This document shows, one piece after another, positions 24,751 to 37,300 of a stretch of 64,000 bases of DNA. The notes under the pieces are model-generated. The model searched no databases, had not been told where the DNA came from, and saw nothing but the letters and a program-made list of their open reading frames with translations. The first letter of the stretch is position 1, and each line of letters begins with the position of its first letter. The DNA is from Leucoraja ocellata (lineage: Eukaryota), in assembly GCA_036785375.1 (NCBI GenBank), contig JAWMAR010000030.1, positions 7,192,001-7,256,000 on the forward strand, in the 5' to 3' direction. A program made the translations under genes and the position numbers.

Positions 24751-27700
24751 GTAGAGTGATCACAATTGCCTTGTTGTAGAAAACATCTTTTGTGAAATGT
24801 TTCAGTAACTTTGCAAGATTAATTAATTGCACCTCCTGGACTCAAAAGGAATACTTGGTGCTAATCATTCCATCTTGTTGCTGTCTCTAAGTCTTTGTTA
24901 CAACACTCCAGATGTTTTAGTGTTACCTGGGTGTAATTTGTGTATGTGTGTTATGTTATGTGTGTGCCTATATCTACATGTGTTTGTTAAACCTTGATCT
25001 GGTGGAATTGCCAAAGCAATATTTTTGTTTGCATGTTGAATACACACAGCTGCATTTTGTATGTCTGTGTCTTTGTGTATGTGCCTGTGTTTCTTGTGTG
25101 ACTGCTCCGTGTTTTGAGTTGTGAATGGTTTCAGGGCAATTTCCTTAAAGCTTTCTGCACAAGTGGGTGACAGAGTATTGAACAATGGGGTTTTTTTTTA
25201 AAGCATAGTTTTCCCAAAGGGAATAAATTAACCCTGGCTGACAATTTGACGATCTGCTCATTTAATAAGATATATTCCCGAATTTCCACTGATCTTGAGA
25301 GTGAGTGCGAATTGACAGAGTGCAGGGGTTTCTGATGAGGTTAGAGAGGGAGAATGCTCACTAGGTTTGGAAAGATTTGACAATGAAATCCTTGATTTCT
25401 GAAATATGTGAATGGGATCAGAAGGTAGTGCCTTCAGGAATGTAGAAGACACAGTCCTATGAATTTGGGGTCACATTGTATACTGAGTTTGGAGGTCTAA
25501 CAAGCTTTCACCATTGTCTCTGAGATGGAGCGTCAGAACCAACTTCTCCACAGATCCCAGGAAACCAGGATCTGCTGCCTGGGGAAGGTTGCAGGGTTTG
25601 GCCTTCAGGCAGCACTTGGGCATCCAGTAATCTGTAGGCAGCTTCCCTTTTGGTGAAATAAAATGGCTATCAGCTGGAGAGATGTGGGAGTGGGAACACA
25701 GGGAACTCACACTTACCCACCACAATCTCTGAGCATATCGAGCACCCATTTACACAGACCCCATCTACTGCCTCTATTTTCTATCATTTAGACACACAAG
25801 GTGCAACTTGCAGTGAGCGGCCAACTAACCTGTCAACTCACATGGGTGCGGGAGGAAACTAGAGGACCCAGGGGGAAATACACGGGGCCACATGATGAAC
25901 GTGGGAACTCCACACAAACAGCACCAGATGTCAGAATCGAACCTGCCTCACTGGAGCTGCGAGGCAGCAGCATTAAGTGTTATTGCGCCACCCTGACAGG
26001 GAAGAAAAAGGGAGGAGGTTGAGAGAAAAGTGTTGAGCGACTGAGCTTCGAGTTGTGGTGGCAAGGGGAGGGTCCACAGAAAGGCCTGTGGACAAAATCC
26101 TGTACCTGTGAATATGTACAAAGACGGAGAATGCTCGTGCTAACACACAGCTCCCCATGCACATGGTTTCCAATTGTCTTGGACCTTCCTGTCATTGAAC
26201 CACAACACTGCTCTGTGGTAGCTGATATACAACAGCCAATCCACATTGAAACGATACACTCACAGGGAAGTAGACTTATTGCCTTAGAGTGCCAGAGACC
26301 CAGAGCTGATCCTAACTACGGGTGCTGACTGTACAAAGTTTATACGTTCTCCCTGTGACCGTGGGTTTCCTCCAGGTGCTCCGGTTTCCTCCCATATTCC
26401 GAAGACGTGCAGGTTTGTAGGCTAATTGACTTCTGCAAAATGTCCCTAGTCTGTAGGATAAAACTAGTGTACGGAGATCGCTGGTTGGCACAGACTCGGT
26501 GGACCGACGGGCTTGTTTCCACACTGCATCTCTAAACTATAGCAAGTTATTCTTGGTCCTGAGGGACAAAGAGGATCTCAGCTGAACTCCAAGCACATAC
26601 ATACAAACATGTTGTTGGTTTCAAATTTGTCAAATGCTCAAGTCAAGTCAAGTGAGTTTATTGTCATGTGTCCCTGATAGGACAATGAAATATTTGCTTT
26701 GCTTCAGCACACAGAACATAGTAGGCATTTACTACAAAGCAGGTCAGTGTGTGTATAGCTCAATGAGTATTTGAGATTAAATGTTGAAGAAACATTACCC
26801 TGACCTCACTCTCCACATAATGTAAAGAACAAGGCTCTAAGCAGAATCCTATTCAGCCCTTCAAGCATGCTAGCACCTGATGTTGGAAACAGCATACGGA
26901 ATGGTTTGTGTGGAATTCCATAACAGACCAAGTGAACACAGGCCAGAAAAGTAATCCGATTATCTTCCAATGGGTTGTGTTATTCCAGAAGGTAACATAC
27001 TAATATAACTGGGACTGCTATTAAATGTTATTTCATTGCTTCACCAGGGCATTGAGATGTGCTTGGAACATCTGGTGGTGTCCAAAAGCCTTTTTTTAAT
27101 CTAACTAATATGGACTTGGATACAAGTGAAGTTTGTTCCACTTCAATTTACAGCTTCTGGTGGAAATGTTGGTCTCGCAGATACTTTGGCAACTTCTCCT
27201 TCACCTTGTCTGCCTGTGCCACGGTCAAAGGCCAGTCTTTGCCCAGCAACAGAGGTGGGAGTGGGTCGCCAATGAAGCCATGTACAACTACTCCCCACTC
27301 TTGCCAGATGGCACAGAAATAACCATCTTCCTCTTCAGAGACCTGCCACAGAGGTAAGCACTGTACAGGCTTGTTTAGATAGTAACCCATTGTAGGTGGC
27401 GGGCTACAGTGAAGATGCAAGCTTTGCAGATATTCAACATGGTTTTCAACTGGAGAAGCAATCAGATGCCCTGATCAATGACCTAAACAAGAATTAGACA
27501 ACAGCAAGATGTTCACAACTATTTGATTTTGCATGCTGTGTATTTTTCTCTAAGTGTTATTTTCCCGTTTCTGAGTTTAATCTATTTAGTAGCCATCAAA
27601 CATTGCATTCAACATCATTACTTTGGTCATATTGATGTTCACACTGCTCAACATATACAGGAGGACCAATGTGGTGGCCAGCCACAATGACCTTTGCATA

Positions 27701-30700
27701 CTCAGTATAGACATCAGCTCCCGCAGAGCCATGGGCAATGAGAGGTGGTGGCCCTCTCCTGTTGCTGACAATCTAAAAAACTTGACACCTTCCAGAAGAA
27801 AGCAGCCCACTGACTTAATGCCTCTTCTATCACAACAAACATTCATTCCCTGCATCATTGGCACTCCCCAGCAATCACCATCCACACAATTTACTACAGT
27901 CACTCACTTGTTCTGAAACACTTTCCAAACCTATGGCTTCTATCAACAAGGATACCAAGCCACTGGGTGGTTGAGAACACCACCATTTCAACTTTTAAGT
28001 TGCCCATCATGGACTCAGGATTACATCATCTTTTCTTCAATGTCACTGAGCCCAAATTCTTAGATTTTCTTTTCAACAGTCCTGTCAAAATATCTGTACC
28101 AGAAGTGTCATGGCTATTCAAGAAGGCAGTTCACCACCATCTTCAAGGTACAAACTCAGCTAGATGTTGCATTTACTGCCATTTCATATTCACGTCCTGG
28201 TTTGTACTCTTCTCTCCACAGGCATTACTTCCAGGTGAAGGACAAGAGCCCTTTCTCCATCAGAGTGAATCCTTGCGACGCTGCCCTTGAGTGGAGAGTC
28301 AGTGTTCAAGAGTGGCCAACACACAGTAAGGATTGTTATTTCATCAGGTTAAGACCTTCAATGTCTATCTAAGACAATCATGTGTACATTCACTACCCCC
28401 ATCAACATGCACTATAAATATTCAAATCACCCAACTAAAATCTGAGTTCATTACATATTCACTCATCCTTCTTCCCGCTCAGTTTAATATATTATCTTCC
28501 CTGTATGAAATATGAGTATGAAAAATGGTCTCGACCCGAAACGTCACCAGTTCCTTATCTCCAGAGATGCTGCCTGTCCCGCTGAGTTACTCCAGATTTC
28601 TATGTCTATCTTCGAAGGAAGAGTGCAAACCAGAACGTGAATTAGAAATGGCAGCATTTGGGATGTGGGAGTCAAGTATAAAATCTCATTTGTTGCACAT
28701 CCCAACTCAGGTCATTCCAGAATGCCTTGTTAGTCACTGCAGTAATGCTGGGAATGTCTGACATTCACATTTCCAGCCTGGAATCACTGAAAGATGTCTC
28801 TCTTTGTAGATAATCTTATCATTCACACAAACAATCTCATTTATTTCAACAGAAGTAGGAATTGATGATAGTGAAAGTTATTCCTATGAATCATCCTTCA
28901 AGTCAGAATGTTGCGTGTTCAAGGCCCAAACTAGAGTTGAAAAAAAATCTAGCCTGACTCTGGGAGAGTAGACCATCAGAGATGGAATCATATGGACGAG
29001 ACACTAAAGTGGAACCCCACTTGTGCATAAACACTGGCTTATATTAAGATTTTAATGCATAAATATTGAGAATGTTGGTAAGTCGGGAACGTAATGAAGG
29101 GGATTTGGATAGTCAAGTATCAACCAGTAAGGTAATGGATCTGTTCACTTGTTCTAGGTAGTGGAAAGCCAACACATTGTATGGATGAACATGTTGGGTT
29201 ACAGATTGAAGTGGAACTTTGAGTAGACTGTATTTAACCAGAATTTAAACTCACTTGGCTCCTCAACATTTATAGTCCCAATGCAGTTAACAAATGGCAG
29301 GGTAATGGCTCAAATTCATAAGTGATAGGACCAGAATTAGGCCATTCGGCCCATTAAGTCTACTCCACAATTCAATGATGGCTGATCTATCTCTCCCTCC
29401 CTACCCCATTCTCCTGCCTTCTCCTCATAACCCCTGACACCCGTACTAATCAAGAATCCAGCTATCTCTCCCTTACAAATATCCATTGACTTGGCCTCCA
29501 TGGCCTTCTGTGGCAATGAATTCCAGATTCACCACCTGATAGATTTTTTTCTGAATTTCAGGCACTTATCGCTCTGAGAAGCCGGGGACACTTGAATGGG
29601 ATCGGGTTACCACGAGAGATCTGTTCAGCTACAAGGGAAACACAGCGCAGACGTTCGTGCGGGCTTCATCGCATTCGGCCTTGCACAATCTGGAGCTCCT
29701 TTCAACTGAGAGGGACGCCCAAATGAGAGTCTACCTGACAACCAAGCCCGAGAACGAGCCTCCAACCCCAGAGTTGCCATTTGACTCTCGAGTGAACGTC
29801 GCCTCTGTGGGGCAGAGGACCGTGACCCTGGCCTGGAAGCCCAGCCCATCAGTGTTGCATGATGAGCACAACATTCAGTACTGTCTCTTGGTCAACCAGA
29901 AGCACAACTACCAAAGTCTCTGCGCTGCCCAAAACCAGGTGGAACTTTGGCCAGATCTGCCAGTGGTGACCATCTACTCTGGAGGTCAGGAGATCCATCT
30001 CACCAGAACGGAAGATATTCAACTCTCTGCCAGTCTTAGCCATCCAGTCTCCAGGGAAGCAAAGATAGATGTCACACAACTCTGTGTCGGCAACAGAAAT
30101 ATCTATTCAGTATTGGACTTGCAACCCAACTCCCTTTACTACTTTGATGTGTTTGTTGTTAATGTCCTCGCCAACACTAGCTCTGCCTATATTGGCACCT
30201 TTGCAAAAACATTACAGTGGCCAGATCCATACATTCTCGATTTGAAGGAAGGAATCATGGCGCAGGTTTACATCCAGAAGGACAGACAAAAATTCTATAG
30301 CTTCAGGCCCAAGAGCTGGCATAGAAGGGTGCAATTTACATTCCACTCATGTGGAAAACTGTACGTTACAATCGAGAGAAATGGTAAACTAATTGTGTCT
30401 GAAAGCACAAATAACCTAAAGCATTTTAAGCTGAAAGGAAAATCTAATGCAAAATACATAATTGGGATCAAATCCATGGAGGCCTCGGAGGTCCTTGTGA
30501 AGATTCTAGTATCCACACGCCCCAACAAATCTCTCTTCCCACGACTCCCGGACAGCCTTAAAGTGAAATCCTACAATAGGCTCAGAACCTGCAACTCCGT
30601 CACTTTGGCTTGGCTGGCAACGAGTGAGCAAAACAGGTACTGCCTCTACAAAAGGGAGATGGAGGAACAAACACTGGAAATGGAAAGAAAGCAGCAAAAT

Positions 30701-30910
30701 GGGTGCCTTGGCCCCGAGACGCGCAGCATTTCAGAGAATGCGGGCTGCAACTATTTTCACCACCTCAACGCTCAGCGTGCAGTAGCAGTGCAGAAGGTCA
30801 CAGGGCTGAAGGCAAGGACCACCTACCTATTCGATATCTATGTGATTGGGCACAAGGGTCATGCCGTCAAATACCAAAGTAAGGTGGTAAAAACAAGGAA
30901 GGCATGTTAA
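24709..30910 (+). CDS. ndnfl: NDNF-like secreted fibronectin type III protein (neuron-derived neurotrophic factor paralog); whole gene, join(24709..24750,27154..27353,28222..28325,29562..30910)
   Basis: The spliced translation (564 aa) has a hydrophobic signal-like segment, then LPDGTEITIFLFRDLPQRHYF...VNPCDAALEW...LFSYKGN...PELPFDSRVNV...TVTLAWKPSP...YYFDVFVVN...LRTCNSVTLAWL...YQSKVVKTRKAC. These motifs are colinear with vertebrate NDNF as recalled. All introns are GT-AG with phases 0/2/1 consistent. Confidence 0.9.
25800..25995 (-). mobile_element. HE1-like V-SINE, degenerate, in NDNF-like intron 1
   Basis: AACTCCACACAAACAGCACCAGATGTCAGAATCGAACC is the reverse complement of the head and V-domain. 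Confidence 0.65.
26270..26540 (+). mobile_element. HE1-like V-SINE in NDNF-like intron 1
   Basis: GTTCTCCCTGTGACCGTGGGTTTCCTCCAGGTGCTCCGGTTTCCTCCCA V-domain plus tail. Confidence 0.8.
27154..27353 (+). CDS. ndnfl: NDNF-like exon 2 (signal peptide; internal ATG at 27166)
   Basis: Acceptor ttcaatttacag|, encodes LLVEMLVSQILWQLLLHLVCLCHG...LPDGTEITIFLFRDLPQ, donor AG|GTAAGC (phase 2). Confidence 0.9.
27570..28150 (+). mobile_element. Degenerate CR1/L2-type LINE relic in NDNF-like intron 2
   Basis: Residual KLDTFQKKAAH and IHSLHH-like coding; similar to 6790-7930. Confidence 0.45.
28222..28325 (+). CDS. ndnfl: NDNF-like exon 3
   Basis: Acceptor tcttctctccacag|, encodes (R)HYFQVKDKSPFSIRVNPCDAALEWRVSVQEWPTH, donor A|GTAAGG (phase 1). 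Confidence 0.9.
29310..29536 (-). mobile_element. CR1 LINE 3' fragment just upstream of the NDNF-like exon 4 acceptor
   Basis: TTAGGCCATTCGGCCC...TTCAATGATGGCTGATC...TTCTGTGGCAATGAATTCCAGATTCACCAC, matching 13060-13270. Confidence 0.8.
29562..30910 (+). CDS. ndnfl: NDNF-like exon 4 (large terminal coding exon, two FN3-like modules)
   Basis: Acceptor tttttttctgaatttcag|; in frame with the 417-aa ORF 29657..30910, which ends KTRKAC-TAA. Confidence 0.95.
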
Positions 30911-31319
30911 CTTCACCCAGCTTCAGGGTAAACACTATTACAAGTGTCTGTCTAAGAAAATAGAGGGAGCCAGCACCATTCTGGCAAGTTGCAATCAATT
31001 ATGCAACCAACACTGCACCACCATGTTATCAAAAACACCATCGCTGTCTGCAAATTATATTGTGGGACCCTCCCTGCACATTTTGCCAAATTCTTCCTCC
31101 AAGCTTCCTCCAAGTACACCTGTAACGTTTTCTGGAGTAAGTGTGCATAGAGAACTTTCATTAGTACACAAGAACAGGAAGAGAAACTCTTGTATTTCCG
31201 TTGACCTTTCATGAAGTGCTTCTGAAGTAACGTCACAGACAAAATAGGAACAATTCCAATGGGCAGGAGGCTCTCCCCAGACATTGTCACATCTCCCAGC
31301 ATTACATGAAACCCAGCTT

Positions 31320-31420
31320 GAGATTACATGAAGAAGGGTCCCAACCAGAAACGTCACCCATTCAATTTCTCCAGAGATGTTGCCTGACCCACTGAACGTC
31401 TCCAGCACTTGGCGTCTCTC
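31320..31420 (+). mobile_element. pLTR-derived unit in the NDNF-like 3' UTR, sense orientation
   Basis: ATGAAGAAGGGTCCCAACCAGAAACGTCACCCATTC...GATGTTGCCTGACCCACTGA. Confidence 0.7.
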
Positions 31421-31967
31421 TTGGAGGTTGCAAGACTTTGATGTCTGACTGAACTAACTTGTGTTGCATTTGTTTTTGCTGTCCTGAAAAGTTTGTGTGG
31501 TTGCCGGTGTATAGAGTGGGAGTGTATCAAACAGCATTGAATGAGAGTGAACCAGGGATTTTAAATGGAACCTTTAAAATTAGGTTTTGAGAAAACATGG
31601 ACTTTGTGCTTTTGAGGAAAACATTTCAACCCAACTCAGGCAGAGGGTTCAATAATTGAACAAAGGACCTTGCCTCAGATGAGCAGCAGGGGCAGACCAC
31701 TTTAGAAACCCACATCGTGGAGATTTATCAATTCTGTTCAATTTTGCTTAGAACCATAGACAAATATGTTCAGGAGTAGACCCTTCGAGCCAGTATCTCC
31801 ATTCAATATTACCATTGTTGATCATCTAAAATCAGTACCCCATTCCTGTTTTTACCCCATATCCCTCGATTCCTTAAAATTCATGAATGTTAGTAAGACT
31901 TGTATTTCAATCTATGGTTAAATCATCAACTATTTATGCATTTGTCTCGATATAACTTTTGCGATTT

Positions 31968-32047
31968 AATAAAAGTAATCAAACATTTATAAAAACCATT
32001 TCAGGATTTGTAAACAAATTCACTGCAGTGTCATCACTTTTAATAAA
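31968..32047 (+). terminator. Candidate polyadenylation signals of the NDNF-like gene (AATAAA 31968-31973 and 32042-32047)
   Basis: First AATAAA hexamers noticed after the stop codon; imply a 3' UTR of about 1.1 kb. Confidence 0.5.
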
Positions 32048-32327
32048 GGAAACACGCCTGTTATTTTGATCACAAGCAGATTCGAAAAACAGTAATTTTA
32101 CACAAACTCACCACTTGTTCTAACTAATCCATGCCTGGGATTATTATTTTATGCTCCATCACCTTGCACCATCTACACATGCAATTATCTTGCTTCTGTG
32201 CAGTGTGCCTCAGCTACTCCAGCTTCCCCATTGCACGAAACATGAATACTTGTTTTCACACACAGTGATGTCCCAGTTAGTAATGTGATAAAAGACAAGA
32301 AAATCTTGGTGATAGAGCTTGACTATA

Positions 32328-32571
32328 GGGGCTGTCCCACTGCGGCGACCTAATCTGCCAGATTAGACACATGGTCCGAGGAGGTCCAATGAGGTCACTG
32401 GAACTCTCCTTCATGCTCGAGGGAAGTTCCCGAATACTCGCGGCCTCAGCTAGGTCACGGTTTTTTTTCAGCATGTTGAAAAATTTTCCGCGAGTAAAAA
32501 TTGGACGGCATGGTTCTATTGAACTCGCAGTGCAGTGGAGTGGAGTCGCTATGTAGTTACGGGCAGTCGCT
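32328..32571. mobile_element. Truncated MITE related to the 11097-11519 family
   Basis: Left end GGGGCTGTCCCACTGCGGCGACC; CpG-rich interior; right TIR missing. Confidence 0.6.
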
Positions 32572-33387
32572 TTAAGTATTTTGGTGCAGCGATAATTAAT
32601 TTTTCCTTTTATATGCATTTCAATAAAATTCTACAGGCTGCTTTTCAACAGACTAGAATGTTCCAAGACACTAATGAGTCAATACAGTTTCTCCCGAGGA
32701 CAAATTTCATGGCTCCTACACAAGTCCAATGGGATTAATCACAGTGAGCTGCAAACGTTTGGGAGATTCCACTGAATGACCCACTTCTCCAGTTTCCCCT
32801 GCTCCCTGACTAGAAATACATCTCCCCCTCCCAGGGGTTTGTGCCTGGAACTACATGACCCAGTGCAGCACTGGTGAAGGATACTGTACCTGCACTCCGG
32901 GGTGTGAGGGAACTAGACAGAAAAAGACTATTTAGCTTGCAGATTGCTGCCAGACTTTAAGCTCTCTCCAAGCCTCGATACCTACTGCAAGAGTAACCCC
33001 TCTTCAGAATCTTCACACATTCTAGGATCTAGGAGCTGAAATTGGAAAAATTGCATGTTATTCTCCCTACGCAGCTGAAGATCTCACTGCTAGTGAATTT
33101 AAATGTCAAGTGTAACAAATTAAACTGGTGTGATTAATAATAGCTGGAGTGTGAATAATTACGCTGAAGTTGCAATGGTAAGTGATAAAGACAGCAATCA
33201 ATTGTGGAAAATAAAATCTGTTTGAGTGTGACTGAGTGCACATTCACACAGTTACAAACCCTACAGTTGGCATGGACTAATTTCCCACTCAGTGATTCGT
33301 CGCTTGGAACAGGTCTCCAATCAAACTTGGATTTACCAAGCTGCTGAGAATTTGAAGCCAGTTTCTTGTAACTTGCTGTAAGGAAAC

Positions 33388-33672
33388 TTTAGTTTCGTGA
33401 TACAGCGTGAACAGGCCCTTCAACCCAGACTCCACGCCCACCATTGATCACCCATTCACACTAGTCTGTTATCCCACTTTCACATCCAATCCTTGGACAC
33501 TTGGGGCAATTTACAGAGGCCAATTAACCTATAAGCCTGCACATCTTTGGGATATATGAGAAAACAAGAACACCCATAGGAAATCCAGTCACAGGGAGAA
33601 CGGGCAAACTCCACACAGACAGCAGGCGAGGTCAGGATTGAACCCAGGTCCCTGGTGCTGTGACGCAGCAGC
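33388..33672 (-). mobile_element. HE1-like V-SINE
   Basis: Reverse complement of the 5648-5930 family. Confidence 0.8.
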
Positions 33673-34395
33673 ATTTGCGGAGAGAATGGATAGGCAACTT
33701 TTCAGGTCAGGAACCTTCTTCAGACTGATGGTGGGGTTGGTGGGGGGGGTCGGGTGAGGGGGAGAGAAAGCTGGAAATGAAAGTGGAGGCAGGATTATCA
33801 ATCTAAGGAAGGTTTAGATTGGCACATGGGTGGAGTAACTGACAAACAAAGGCGAAAGATGAAAAGACTAAAGGATGTCAGATGAGTTTCCGTGTCTCTG
33901 GAGCACCAATCTCTTGTTTGCAATCTTCCATTTAAATGGAGAAATGAAGTGGACGAGAAGGCTGCTCAATTGTGACCATCGCTCTAGAGATAACTGATCA
34001 ATGGAAGGAGGGGAATGGAATACCAGGCAAATAATGGAGGGAGTGGGCGGATACAGCAGTGGAATGCTCAATGTTCAAGTGACATCTTGGTGTGACAGCC
34101 AGTGCAGAGGCCACCCATCTATTGTTTTAACAGTAAAAGACACAAAATGCTGGAGGAACTCAGTAGGTCAGTCAGCATGTCTGGAAACATGGATAGGTGA
34201 CGTTTTGGATCCAGACCTGAAACGTCACCTATCCATGTTCTTTCTCCACACTTACTCCTGCACTATGCTCTTTTTTTGTAAACCAGCATCTGCAGATCTT
34301 GTATCCATAGTTAGCTTGGCCGTGCTCTCCCAGCACGAGTCTCAGATGCGATTAAGAGCTCAAGAGCAGCCTCATATTTCTAATTGGTGCTGCCT
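33673..34395. mobile_element. Degraded PLE-derived sequence with a fold-back pLTR unit (34138-34300)
   Basis: CCTTCTTCAGACTGA pLTR motif at about 33715; ATGGATAGGTGACGTTT...AAACGTCACCTATCCAT inverted repeat. Confidence 0.6.
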
Positions 34396-37300
34396 TCAAG
34401 ATGATTGAGAAAGAGCCAAGGCTCCAAACTAGGCCAAACTCCAGCTCCCAAACAAACAAAAAAACACACCCAATAACCAGTCTACCTCTGCGGTTTTAAA
34501 CAGGCAAATGATACGAGAACCTTTTTTTTAATCAGTGAACAGTTTTGCGATGCTAGGCTCAAGATTACTATCCATCATTGGATTGTACAATCATCCCAAG
34601 GAGGCCTATGGTGGTTTAGAGACAGAGAGTGATCCCCCCCCCCCCCCCCCAATCCCCAAAGGGCAGAACGCATACTGTTTTAGAAAGAACTTTCATTGTA
34701 CTCCTATAGTAACATTGAAATTTGTTCTTGTCTTACCTTCTTCAAATTTGACTTTGGTATCATTATCTTCCAAACCAAGATACCATTGCTTGGTATATCA
34801 AAGGAATGATGCCGCTAATGTTTCACTAGTGATGTATTTTTTTAAGCAACATATAACGGATCTGGTAGTTTAATAGTTTTGTCTCAAAGCCAGGGCCAAT
34901 AAACCGCAAACTAAGTTGAGGATGAGAATTTAGTTCTTAAAATAATTTAGGAAGATGGGTCTCAGTAAACTGACCATGAGGAAAGTCATTAAAATCTAAG
35001 AGGTTTATAAATGCCCAAGGAATGGAAACCTAATCTCCTAGCCAGCGCAGGATTCCAGGCCTTCAACTACTTTCAAACTGCCTTTGAAAAGGCTCAGAGT
35101 TAACTCTGCTGTTTCAAACAAGTTATGAGAAAATATCAAAAAGTTAACATAGCCCCGAAGGTCAGGCAGTGGGTTGATACCATCTTTAGCACCCTTGCTT
35201 GTAAGGAGCTGAACTGACAGTGGAAAAGTCCACTTTGAAAATCAAAATAACAGCAAATGCAGTTTCTGTGGATAGAGAAACAGGGATTGTAGATTAATTA
35301 ACACGTTATCAGTATACTAGAAGGGAATTAATCACTCACAATGTGCAGGTTTATAGGTTAATCTTACGGTTTTCCATTATATCAGCCTCCACGATACCAG
35401 TCTGAATTCCATCAGTGACCAAAACACCACAATGAATGTGTCTGATAACTGTGTTTTGCCTGGACAAAAGGCAGGAGGCAAAACCATCTAACAATGAACG
35501 GTTCGGAGAGTATAGTCATAACATGCTTCGCAGGATTTTTATTTTTAACTAATTACTATAATTTAATATCAATCCAATCACCAGACAATGGAATAAAACT
35601 ACAGGCACTGGAAGTTTTAGACCATGTAGGATGGATAACAGCCTGCCTCTGTAGAGATTACAGGCTAGAGCCATGCTTGAAAATCTAGAAGGCAGTTGGA
35701 CATGTTCATCAGAAAAAGGGGAAAAAGTAGAGTGAAATCCTTCAGAGTGACTACATAGAATGATCTAAACTGAGAATTGAGGCTTTCAGAAGGCTTAGAG
35801 GAGGCATTCAGAAGACTTAGAGAAAGCTTAAGTACTTATTCCAGAATAATTTCTACATCAGGAAACCACACTTCCCAATGTCAAACTGACGTATAGTACT
35901 CGCTGCTTATTCTTTAAAAGCTTCAAGCATGTGGGCATAATTGCGCTCAAAATGTGGCTACCATCCAGTACTTCATGCAGCCAGAGGAACCTCCCGTGAT
36001 CTAACCCAGCCATGGCCCATGTTCAATTTATATGACACCAGAAGCAAAAAGTCATAAGCCACTCCTCATATGCATGCTCCAAGGGCTGCTGAACTGAACA
36101 TCCGGTTTATTAAAGTGCCACCATTTGACTTCAAGTATGCAAACTGATATTTCTTAAATGGCCTAATGGTCATCAGTTTACAGCATGCATCGCCCACCAT
36201 CATGAGGAGCAGATCCATTCATAATTGATCCCGCACAAACTAGAACTCTTATGCACATTCTCAGAGGTTATGGGGAGAAGGCAGGAGAATGGGGTTGGGA
36301 GGGAGAGATCAATTAGCCATGATTGAATGGCAGAGTAGACTTGATGGGCCGAACGGCCTAATTTTGCTCCTATCACTTATGATCTTATGATTCTGAGCAA
36401 GAATGTACTCCACAATTCCCTCCAGGTTTCCATTAGAAACACAACCAAAGGAAATGTCAGTGCTATGGTCAATTGGGCAGCTGGGCTCAGGATAAGGCAA
36501 GCAAAGAAAACCAACTGTGACAGATGCACCCATGAAATGGTTCCCTAGAGATCTCCAGCCTGTCCGTTCTGCATTTCTTTAATGTACATTTCATATCCGT
36601 TTCAGGTTATCACATGCATCATACCGCAGGTTTAACATTGTTCCTGATTTGTGCACAGGAATGTTTTCATGATCAGATGTTGGCTCAGGTTATATTTTGG
36701 CAAGAAAACCAGAGACCTCTCCTACCTTTCTTCAAGTTAACACTGTGGAATGGTTGATATTTACTTGGTCGAAGAAAAGAATGTCATTATTAACATCTTA
36801 TGTTGAAGTGTGGAGTGCTATCACACAGTGGACAAATGGTCTTGTATCTGGAGGTCTGGGGTTATTGCTATCGAGGCAAGGGTTTAAATCTCACCACAGC
36901 AGGTAGAACATTTGAAATGCTAGTATCATTAAAGCTGACCATGAAGCTTCACTAAATTGCAAATGCCCAGATTCAGGAATATCCTTAGAAAAATTCAGCG
37001 ACCTTGTCCACTCTGTTCTATATTTATACACCACTGTGATAGACGTGGGTATTATCAGAAGCAAGCTCCTCAGTTCTGCTGAATAGAGGGTAGTTGGGGA
37101 TGGGCAATGAATGATAGGTAACAATGCAAATGTAACAATTTTAAAAAAGAGATTAAAATGCAGGTATAAAAGCAGAGGTGAAGGATCAAAAGGATTAAGA
37201 ACGAACAAGGTCTTTTCATATTTTGAATGTACTTTGAAGAGGCAATTCTAACCCAATTCACAAATGGCCACACAGAACACTGAAGCTTTTCATTTCACTC

